Shown here one piece after another: positions 13,401 through 25,400 of a stretch of 64,000 nt of DNA. The translations under genes and the position numbers were made by a program. Under the pieces are notes generated by a model. That model worked only from the letters and a program-made list of their open reading frames with translations, searched no databases and was not told the origin of the DNA. The first letter of the stretch is position 1; every line of letters begins with the position of its first letter. The stretch comes from Rhina ancylostomus (lineage: Eukaryota): the NCBI GenBank assembly GCA_030265395.1, contig JARFYF010000036.1, forward strand, positions 21,065,555 through 21,129,554, written 5' to 3'.

Positions 13401-16400
13401 ACCGTTTATAAGGAGATGTAGCTAGACGGCTGAGCTTTGATCTGATCTGTGACTATGTGAATTGCGTACTGTTTTTGATATTGTCTTGTGTTGCGGCTTC
13501 ACCAGATCAGCACCTCATTTTTAGATATGCTTGGTGTAGCTCCCAGAATGCCCTTCTGCTCTCCTTATTGGACCAGGCTTAATACCAATGACGGAGTGAG
13601 GGATACACCAGGCCATGAGTGACGGATTGTAACAGCATACATATCTGCTACTCCTGCTGCTGTTGGTATTCTGTGCTCTGTGCTCTGTGGATACCCAACT
13701 TTAAGTTTCCAGGTCTGCTCTGTGCCTATCCCTTTTAGCATGGTTGTAATGCCACAGTTATTATGACGGGTGGCTTCAGTGTGATGAAGAAACCCCCTAG
13801 TCACCACAAGGCCTGTGTCAATTTTATCAAACGGATGCATCAGCCATAACTGCTTCTTTCCAATGTTCCTCAACATGAGGGAGCAATGGTGCAGCTGAGG
13901 AAGAAGAATAATTGGTAATCAGACGGAGGTTGCCCTACTACCACAAGGTGTCATAGGGACTGGAGTCATTGTTGAGCATGCTCAGGTCCTGTATATCAAC
14001 AGTACCACTCCTGTTGGTGAGTCAGTTCTCACCGTGGGCTGGGATGTAACCAAGGCAAGATCAGAAATGTTTGAAGAACTCAGCCAGTCAAGCAGCATCT
14101 GTTGAAAGGGAAACCAATCCTCTGAGGAAGGGTCACTAACCCAAAACATGGACTGGTTTCTCTTTCCAAAGATGCCATTTTGATTGACTGAGTTATTCCA
14201 GCATGTCTCCGTACATTTTGGATTACAGCAAATGTAGTTTTGTTTTCCTGGATGTATTCGGAGATTATGAAGAAATCTGGTGCTTTGTCATTATGGCATG
14301 TCCATGAACACAATTATGTCAGGCCATTGTTTGACTGACAGGCTTGTGGGACATGTTCCACCAGTCCCAGATATTCATGTGAAGGATTTTACTAGGTCAA
14401 CTGGGCTGGGGAGTGACTCTGTCCTGTCCGAGTTCATTGCCTTGGTCATTCTGGTTTTACTTCAATGTAACAGTTATGGTTTGTTGGGTCTGAGGACAGT
14501 CTGGATTGGGTAATGATAGCTGATTTCCTCCCTGGAGGGTATGATTAATACAAACCAGTGGTTTTGTGGTCATCACTACAAATACCCATGCTATTAACAA
14601 TATTCCAGATAGCCGACAGAGTGGGAATTTGAATTTGACTCTCTGGCCTGTTAGTCTAATTTTAACCACTGTGCCACTGCTGTACACCCAGCAGGGTCCA
14701 CTGATAACCACAATGAAAGGGTATTTTGCTTGTTTTGGACAGTCACCCTAGTTTCCAGCTATCAATTTGGCAGAGATCATGCTTGGAAACCAGGCATAAA
14801 GTTATTAATCATTCCAGATAAAATGTTCACAATACCTTAAAAATAACAAAAATAGTCAAGCAACAGTAACAATGATAGGATAATAAATGAAGAACATGAA
14901 GGAAGGTTAGTAAAGGTTGCCACACTAATATCATTTCAAATAAAAACCAAACTCACAAACGTTATAAATGCATGCAGTGTTTTAGCAGGCTAATCCAGCA
15001 GAAGAGAAATAAAGAATGGTTTGAGTTCTCCTTCACTGAGAAATCAATGCTGATGAAAAGAAAAGACAGTGGTTAGGATTTTGGAGTCATAAAACGAAAC
15101 AGTTACCACACATTCCATAAAATGCAAATTTGTTTTTGTTTTCAAAACAATTCCCAATTCTTTAAAAGTCTTGCATTATTCATTATGCATTTTGCTACAA
15201 GTTAATCAAACCAGGCATCAAGGTATTCCAGAGGCCTTCCACATGCTTTACGTAAACTCTACCTCAGTAATATGGTCAAATGTGTGTTAAAATGGATGGA
15301 AGGATAGGCTTCTGGAATGGTGATAATAATGCCAAAGCAAGAAAACAAATGATATTGTGGGTTTAAATGGTTCTGATCCAGCAATTATATCCAGCGTTCC
15401 TGTGTTTTGGGGAGTTTACTGGCCCTCGTGGGTGGCTGGAACTTCTTTTGATTGTTTCATTCTAGACATTTACAGCAGAACCAACTCTGACTGGGCATTT
15501 CCCCAGGTTTCACTGCATGATTTCTTCCTCCTGCTGATTCATCCAACCAGCCTTTCTTTCCTTCATCCCCAGTATCTTAATTGGAACCTTGTATTTGTAT
15601 AAAACACAATGTTTATACAAATTGGTGTGCTCATAGAAGGTGAAAAAAAATTCCTTTNNNNNNNNNNNNNNNNNNNNNNNNNNNNNNNNNNNNNNNNNNN
15701 NNNNNNNNNNNNNNNNNNNNNNNNNNNNNNNNNNNNNNNNNNNNNNNNNNNNNNNNNNNNNNNNNNNNNNNNNNNNNNNNNNNNNNNNNNNNNNNNNNNN
15801 NNNNNNNNNNNNNNNNNNNNNNNNNNNNNNNNNNNNNNNNNNNNNNNNNNNNNNNNNNNNNNNNNNNNNNNNNNNNNNNNNNNNNNNNNNNNNNNNNNNN
15901 NNNNNNNNNNNNNNNNNNNNNNNNNNNNNNNNNNNNNNNNNNNNNNNNNNNNNNNNNNNNNNNNNNNNNNNNNNNNNNNNNNNNNNNNNNNNNNNNNNNN
16001 NNNNNNNNNNNNNNNNNNNNNNNNNNNNNNNNNNNNNNNNNNNNNNNNNNNNNNNNNNNNNNNNNNNNNNNNNNNNNNNNNNNNNNNNNNNNNNNNNNNN
16101 NNNNNNNNNNNNNNNNNNNNNNNNNNCAGCAGCGACATCATGATTCAAAGGGTCTGGACCTGTGCGGTACTGTTCTATGATGAATCTTAAATCATAGAAA
16201 CCAAAAATACAAACTTTATCACCAATACTACCAGCCTATATTCACCAAGTAATGATAATCACTACTTCCTACACTCAGTCCTACAGAATTCCTCTTCCCA
16301 ATTCTCACAGATCCATTGTAGTATGGTTAAACAGCATATCAGAATGTAAAAACATCGTAGGTCCTTTATTGTCCCATAAAAGTTAGACTTGGTTAGGCTC

Positions 16401-19400
16401 AATGGCACAAGTAAGGAATAAACAATCCACTGCACTGATATCTTAAAGATAATTCTCCTTATCAGAGATCACAGCATTATACTAGTCTTTGTAGCAACTC
16501 TATGATAATTAAGGGACTGAGTTGGGCCACATAAACCAATACAGATGGATACTTGGCTGACAAATTTGCAGCCAATAGTACATATCATGATTTCTCGGAT
16601 ACACCGGTTTAGGATGATGGATCTGTTCACAGGATAGAAAGTGGGGGATGCCTTAAGAAGACAGCATCCATCACTAAGGACCCTAACTATCCAGGTCACG
16701 TCCTCATCTCGTTCCTACCATCAGGGAGGAGATACAGGAGCCTGATGACCCACTGTCAATGATTCAGAAACAGCTTCTTCCCCTCCATCATTCCATGAGC
16801 TACCTTGTTATTCCTTTTTTTTGCACTATTTATTTATTTTGTCATTTATTGTAATTTTATGTCTTTGCACTGTACTGCTGCCATAAAACAACAAATATCA
16901 GGTTATCCAAGTCAGTGATAATAAATCTGATTCTGATTTTTAAAAAATGTGAAAAAGAGACAATGGATCTCTCCTGAGATAAATAGCCTCTGTTTTGTTT
17001 CCAAGGCAATTCATCTCTGCAGGGAGAGCTGACAAGTCTGTTGGAAGGAGATCAACAATCTACTGGAGGAACTCAGTGAGTTGAACAGCATCTGTGGGGG
17101 GGAAAGGAATTTTTGATGCTTCAGGTTGAGTACACACACTCTAGAAATACCCTTCTGACACTAAGTTGTTGGAGTCCTTCCCAGGACTTCTAATAAATCA
17201 TTTTCGTCTTTGACAAAGCACCCCTAACCTCTCCACACTTTCTCCTCCAGCTCTTCTTACTCACCACTACCCCCCTTGGTAGAAGAAAGCCAGGAACTCT
17301 TATTTCCAAGTTACAGCCAAGATACAGGCCTTCCTGGTGGATGCCTGCTAAGGTTACAGAAAGAGTGTGCTGAAACATCCAATGAAATGTTCTCTTTCTC
17401 ATTTCTGATAAAGGGACTTCAGCCTGAAAAGTTGACTGTTTCTCCTTCCACGATAAGTTCAGACGTGCTGAGATTTTCCAGCATATTCTGATTTTGCTTC
17501 AGATTTCCAGATTCTTTTTTTAGCTTTCATGGAGTTTTAGGACCTGAGTTGTTTTGTATGTTTCCATGAGTTTCATTCTCTTCTTTGTTTATTCAATTAT
17601 TGGTAACTGATAACTAGTTATTGATTATAGGGTGGTGGTTTTCTTATTTGTTTTGCATATTTATATGTTCCCTACCTATTAAGATGTAGATTTGTTGTTT
17701 TGCAAATAAAATAACTGAGCAAATGAAATGTTAGTGCAATGCTTCACCTGTGTCAATATCAAGTTTATCAGATGCTGAGGCAAATACAAGACTTTATTTA
17801 AGTGGATAAATAGAAATCATGTGTGAGTAACTGTTTCTTTGAGGTAAGCTCTCAAAGTGCACATTATATAGGAAGCCTTTTGCAGACATGCTATTGTGAT
17901 GTAATATCGAGAAACAGTTGTGTAAGTGCTTAGGCTTTGCATGCAAGAAACAGCAAGCGACTTGCTGCAGCTGCAGAGTTGTAGATGAATCTATTGAAGC
18001 AGTTCTCACACAACTCACAGGGACTTGGAGTTTGGTCTCTTCGTTTTAGGCCATTTCCGACGCTGATATTGCCTGGTGTTTAAGCAGCAAAGACAAAAAC
18101 AAAAGCTTAGCATCTTGAAACACAAACTGAAAAGGAGAACATTCATGGAAGTAATAATGAGTGCATCATTTTGATGCAAGCTCAACTCATGGATGAAAAA
18201 GTATAAAGAGAAACATGCCAAAAATTGGATGCTATACATACTTACTGATATCAGTCTGTATCTACAGTCTTATTCTAACATATCATCCCAGTTTGACAGT
18301 TCCATGCATAAAGAATGTGTGTGGCTCATTTCAACAGAGAGATAAAGGAAAGCAATATTCTGATGAAAGGTCATTGACCTGAAACACTATTTCTCACTGC
18401 AGAAATGCTATCTGATTTGCTGATTATTTCCAGCACTTTCTGTTTTTACTCTAGAGTGCTCTTGCCTTATTAGAGGAATGGCATTCTCCTGAACTTCCAA
18501 ATGTAAACACATAAATATCACTCAGTTAAATGAAATACTCAATTCTTTCTCAACATAGATACAATAAATCTGTCATTTCCTAATTATATACCCACAATAA
18601 ATTAGAATTATTAATAAAAATCTTGATAAAGAATAAAGTGGGTTTCATTGTGTTAATTGATATCCTGCCGATGCATGGAAACAATGTTAAATTAAATGGT
18701 TACCTGTATTGATCAAACTTTTCTTCATCTTTTTCTCCTAAACAACAAAAAAGTCTTGCAATCAATTAAGCGATCATCAATAGTACTCGAATTTAAAGAA
18801 TTCAGTTTGTATTTCTAAAGAATGATTATTGTGCAACCAAACAGAATAGAGAATAGTATTAGAATGAGCTTGAATTTTCTCGCACACTTTCGGTTCTAGG
18901 TCCAAATTGAATGACCAGCTGCTCCAACCTATACTAGTGTCTTCACTGAAAGAGTGCAGAGATATATAACACATGGCTTAGCCCCTGGGCTGGCCTATAC
19001 CCTGTAAAAGTCAATATTAATGACATACCGGAAATGAACTTTGAGGTTTGTTAAGCCATAACAGTCAACCATAAATTTTAAAAAGGCATTAATTTCTGAA
19101 TGAGCTGCATTATTAAGTTAACAGCTCCCTGAAGTAATTACCCTGATTAATCTAATATTTTTTATTGAACTATTAATCAGCCACCTATAGTGGTCCATAA
19201 ATTATAGACATAACAAACTTTTCACTTGCTCACATGTAAAAATAAATAATTTTAATATTAAAAATTATGACATTTGACAGTTAACTTTCATACATGTATC
19301 ATTCTCCATAACAATTATGGCATTTGTACCTGTGTCCATATTTCTGGTCCGTGGGTTACACTTCTTAAAACCACGACAGGTTCGTAATTCCATTAGCTGC

Positions 19401-22400
19401 ACATGCAGCTGGTTCAAAACATCTCTGTCTAATGTGTTCACTGCGTTCATCAGCTATAAGTGGAATTTATGAAATTTGATTAGATGGCACATCAATTATT
19501 TATGCGTTTAAATAATTTGCATTGAAGTACACTGCTAGGGTTGGCAAGCTAGAATTCTATGTAGCTTTAGAGGACACATGCTGTCTACCGCGCTATCAAT
19601 GCTCGTTTCTCTGCTTTTATGAATTATTAGCCATACTTCAGTGCCAGACTAAATTTTCATGGTGCAGTTTGGGGATGTTAAACCAGCATGAACAGACCTT
19701 GTTGTACAAATAAAGTGAATCATCGTCCACCACCAATTTAATTAGCTTGTATGATGCTCTGCCCACAGTATTAACTTTACTCTTTAAAATACAGATACTT
19801 TGCTGATATAGAAGTGGTACTTCTGCAATGCTGTACCATCCCAAAGGGGCAAAATAGGCACAACAATCATGTAACATCTTGGAAGGTTGGGAGGATTGAA
19901 CTCAAAGAGTCAGGTTCGACCAAGAAGGATGGCTCAAAAGAACTTGTTTAGAACCAGTAGGAAACTGTAGTATCTGACACTTGAGAGAGTAACTGGGTAA
20001 CAAATAGACAATCATTTTCTTTTAAAATTAGCTAATGACAAAATAGTCCACAAGTGGACAAGACAGCTGTTTTGGCATATGGAGCTAATGTGTTATAAAC
20101 CTCTTGGTGTCCATGTTGCTGCCTCTGTCAAAACTGAATTAAAACCAGTAGATGAGAGCAGTTTGATCTCTGGGTGTAAGAGGCCTAGATATTTTTGCAA
20201 CAGTTACCATAATATGTGGGATTCCGGTGATGGTAGGTGTCAGCCACTCTCGAGGTTAAAAGAAATATTAAGTAAACTGACCAATGGCCATTTTGGTAAC
20301 GATGTCAATTTGGATTTTATGACTGAAATCTTAGTTGGTTGCATAAAAACAGTCCATTGAGTATTGATTATATATATAGTTGCCATCAGTGTACTTTACA
20401 AATAATTTTTTAATCACCTTCAAATCAACAGCTAGGTTCCTGCAACTAAACTTCCAACTCTAATGGTCTCAATGGCAACAGCACTCACTGCTTTAGGATT
20501 CATGTTCTGGAGACAGTGAAGCTTCCACTAGGCATGTAGCTCTTTGGTTGTAAGTAGACATGAGCAGATTGTACCAAACAATATGTCTACACTTCACCTA
20601 CGCCAAAGTGTTAGGAAGTACTTAAGGCATGGAAAGAAGCCACTCAACACAACAGGTCCTTGGCAAAGTTAATGTTCCACACCAGCCTTCCCCACCAATA
20701 TATTCCGCTATATCTTTCTCCTTCATGTGCCTGCCTAACCTTCCTTTGGATGTATCTTTGTTACTCTCCTCATCTACTCTCCATGGCACTTGGTTCAATA
20801 GTCTAACTGAGTAAAAAGACTTTTCAGGAACTTCCTTTAGATTGTTAATGACTATCTTATTTTTCTCCCCCCTAGTTCTGGTCTCAGTCACTGCTCTGTC
20901 AAATTTGTTCATAATCTTGAGGAACTCTATCAAATTTTCCCTGGATGTCTCTTTCTGATGAAAAGAGATTCAACCTTCTCGATCATTCCTTATAGGTCTG
21001 GTCTGATACAGGAATAGTTCTGGTATCGTTCTGGCAAAACATTCCCCAGGATCTTTATGTCATTTGTATTATTAAACTGTTCTCATTACTCCAACTGTGG
21101 CCCAGCCAAGGCTCGATAAAAGTTTAACGTTATTTACTAATAATACTCCAAGACAGGCAATTAGTAGCTTGAAAGGAGAACCAGATGCTGTGCATAATTA
21201 TGGAGTACATAGAAGGGACAGGATGTAATTAGCAAGGTATTGACATCCAACCAGATCCTCCTCCATATGCAAGTCCACATTATGCTCAATGTTAGCAGTA
21301 CCATGTGCATTCTGTAGAATGTGTTTGAAAATATGCAGTAGAACATATCAAACATAACTGTGTGATGCTGCAGGGATCTTTTAAATACAGAATCCAATGG
21401 AACTCATGTCAATTAATGGAACAGTAATAAGAATTGTTTCCAGTTAATAGCAATTGCTTATCTACTCAGTTTCCATATCATTAATATGTAGCAATTATGG
21501 CTATGCAGCAGAATTAATGTATAAACAATTAATTCTGATTTGGTTGCAATTTCTCTGCTTTTGAAAACATCCTGCAGTTAAATGATAGGACATGACAAAC
21601 TATTTTCTTGTAAGCTCATAACACTGTAAACATAGTTATTGAAATATTGCAGAGCTGCTCTGCTCTGTCCGAGAGCTGATGATCAATTTTACCTGGTAAG
21701 GGTCTGTGTTGAGATCAAAATACTCCAGGAAACCAGTAGCAAACTCACAGAACAGGAAATTGTGGGTCTCATTGAACGTCCTCAAACACCAGTAAGTGTT
21801 GTTATTTGCACTGGTACATGCACAGAAAGGTCCCACTGGAAGAGAAGTTTGAGTAACAAAAAGATAAATGTTACTTTCCAGATATTTCCAGAAGGATCAC
21901 AGCTCTTTATTACTGTTGTGGAGTTTGTATGTTAGCCTGACTATCCATCATTTGTTCACAAATAAAGCAGGATTTAAACAAATTGAGTACTAATAAGTCA
22001 AAATATTTGTCCTTTTGTCCTCCCTCTTAGAAACAATTGATGGGCAACTTTATTGTGTTGGTTCAAACTAGATCTAAGCTTCACAACCCATTTTCTGTCC
22101 ATCACCTAAAATATTTACTAACCGTTCCACAACATTTTCCATTTCTGGCTTCCACTGTCACTGAAATACATAAATATATGAATTAGAAAAGACTTCTTCA
22201 GTTCCAGTTGAAGGATACATTCCTCATGAAGTCCAAATTACTTAAAACTCCACATATTTTTAGCCATCATGTATCATCCTTGGAATTCAGGATGAGACTA
22301 ATTTACATTGGTTCTCTCCTCCCAATACTTACCTGTCAAAATCTTCATACATAATTCCTTTGATTTATCTCATTTATGTAACTCCTTCTAATCTTCTGCC

Positions 22401-25400
22401 TTCTCCTCAGCCTTTCAGTCCCCCATCTCTGCCCTGCTTTGCACTTTCCTCATCTATTCCACTACAAATAGCAGAGAGGTCACACTTCTCAGCGTGACTC
22501 TCTGAAAATGATCTTATATTGTTTTCTGTTTCACCAGTTACAGAAGCGACCTTAAAGTGCATCCATTGACTATAATTTTGGTCCACTTTTCTAATTTTCC
22601 CACTACATTTCAACATTTTTTTTCCTCCTATATGAAACGGTTAAGACCATTTTCTATTTTTAAGATGCAATAAACCAAGAATAAATTATTGTTGTAATCT
22701 TACAGGAATCTTAGCTGAGTTCATTATGCAAGCCTGATTTATGGAGGCCAGGTTATAATGTATACAATTTTAAATCGCAGTCTGCTGCATTTCCTCTTAC
22801 ATGTCCAGAATGGGGGTGACTGCCAGTGCTGGTTGTCATGCGTGAAACAGGTGAGGCCAGGCATACTGCATGTGTCATTATTTCTCAGCCTCTTCAGCAT
22901 TTTTCGTATCTTCTTTCTTTTTCTTTCATCCTTAAACATCCAGGCATTCTCACTTTTTTCCTGGCCTCCTTTTCTGTGGTTAAAAGTAAAAATGGAGACA
23001 AAATCTTGGAATATTCTCATCACTTTGATGCATGCTATTAGACACCATTTTCTAATTGCTCACCAAATTTACCCACTTCATTTTATCTTTATTATTGCAT
23101 TCATTGTATAATCTAATATTGTGGTTATTTGGGCAGCCTAAATAATTGAATAGTCATTGAGTCATACAACTGGGAGACAGACTCTTCAGTTCACCATGCT
23201 AGCCTGCCCATTTATACTTGTCCCATTTACCAGCACTTGGTCCATATGTCTTGGTGATCCAAGTGCTCATCTGGACACTTTGTAAATGTTGTGAGAGTAC
23301 CTGCCTCCACCAACCCTCCTCAGGCCATGTGTTCCAGATTCCAACCACTATCTGGGTGAAAAACTCCTCNNNNNNNNNNNNNNNNNNNNNNNNNNNNNNN
23401 NNNNNNNNNNNNNNNNNNNNNNNNNNNNNNNNNNNNNNNNNNNNNNNNNNNNNNNNNNNNNNNNNNNNNNNNNNNNNNNNNNNNNNNNNNNNNNNNNNNN
23501 NNNNNNTTAACACCTCTATCAAATTACCCTAGGTCTCTTCTACTCTTAAAAAAAAGACAAACTTATCCTATTCAGTCTCTCTCCTCATAACCGAGCCGCT
23601 CAGGCAACTTCCTAGTGAATCTCTCTGTACCTTCTCTGGTGCAATCATGTCTTTTCTATGCATGGACTTCTTACATCATTGTTTAAATAATACTTCAAAA
23701 TCAATTACAATATATGCACTTTGGATACCATAGTAATTGACATGTAGATGTCTCAATGGGCTGACAGCTTTATTACTTCTTAGAGCACCTAATTGTTTAG
23801 TAGCATCAAAGACATAAAACTATTTTATCCAGCTTTAAACAATGTCATTATTTCTAAGCTAGATAATTTCATATACAAGATATGGGAATTCCAAAAATAA
23901 ATTTAAATGGTACAATAAGGTGCACAGTGTGATAAACCCAAATGTTTCTGGCTGATTTGTGCCTCTATTCCTGGAAAACAGTTGAATAAACCAGCATGAA
24001 AGTGCTGGGCTGAAGGGACTGTTTCCATGCTGTATGACACTGTGCCTCTATAAACTAACAGAGTTATGCCAAGCTCATGTAATTAGATTTTTAATGGTGT
24101 AATTGTACCATGCTAGAAAACATCATCATGATAATATAATTACTCATAATCTATTTGAATTCAATACTTTAATTATCTTGTTTTGCTGTAATTTTTAAAT
24201 ATATTCAGATAGATTCTTATGTTGGTCTAGTGGAAAAAATGGAGCGCTGGAAATGTGTTTTAAGGGAATTCTGGAATCAGGGCCCTGGGTGAGTTTAAAG
24301 GAAGGATGGGAATTGAACTCAGGAGGAGCACAGGAACAGGATCTGGTGAATTTAAAGGGAATGTAGGACATGGAGTCCCAATGGATTCAAAGGGAGTGCT
24401 GGAAGCAGAACCAGTTGGGCCAGAAGCTGAATCCTTGGAATTTCCTTAAAAAAAAATCAGATAGCTCATTATTGGAGGCTTTCTATAGAATTTTTGATGC
24501 TTTGGGTAAAACTGACTCGAGAATGCACAAGCAGTGAGAAAAATCCGTCCATTCTTATCCAACAAAGCAACCTTGAAATAGCATTTTCCATTAGAGACAA
24601 GAACAAGAGAAAAAGAAGCAGGAGTAAGCTGTTTGGCACCTCATGCCTGTTCTGTCATTCACTGAAATCATGGTTTATCTTTTTACCTCGGTACCACTTT
24701 CCTGCACTAACCTATTATGCTCTTGTCCTCCCATAATATCCAAAAATCCATCAGTTTATTAATCTGTCTTGGATTTACTCAAAACTTCCATAGCTCTCTT
24801 GGGTAGAAAACTACAAAGCCTCACTACACTCTGGGTGAAGAAATTTCTTCTCATCATCGTCCTGAATAGCAGACCTCTTATTTTGAGAGTGTGACAACTA
24901 GTTCTAGACATCCCAACCGGGGGACATCATATCCCTATCCTGTCAAATTCCATTAGAATTTATATATCTAAATGAGACCACCACTCCTTTTTCTAAACTC
25001 TAGGGTGTATTGGCCCAGTGTGCTTATTCCTTCCATGTATACTAATTCTTCATCCTAAGAATCAATCTGTTGAAGTTTCAGTGCAATCAATCAATGGTGT
25101 CATTTACCCTAAGCATTTCAGCCAATTCCATTGCATTAAAATTTCAAACCACATCTTTCATAGCCAGGTTGAATGTGGATATAACAGTTTCAGTTACAAC
25201 CAACAACACAATCTCTCTAGCATGTCTATCTCCAGTCCCAGGAGTTGAGGTTGACCTCCTTTACTGTGGTGATCACTCCATTCTGGCTCTTTAAGTGGGG
25301 TTAAGTATTCCCAGAGGCAGGCCTAAAATGGATGGTCTAGATTTACCATATAGTATTTTAAGGGTATGCAGTCCATTGTATCATCCTAACTAGTTTGAAA

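Larger units (their letters stand above)
11700..14460 (-). mobile_element. Old CR1/L2-group LINE, fragmented, with nested insertions
   Basis: ORF 12479..12685 contains [18 protein letters not shown] (RT motif B-like); the 3' end near 11700-11900 matches the plus-strand copy at 46750-46980. Confidence 0.7.

Noticed and set aside
15510-16190. Long ORFs of 167-212 aa in the ORF track (also near 23199, 32713, 46220, 62597)
   Set aside because: Artefacts of N runs translated as X.
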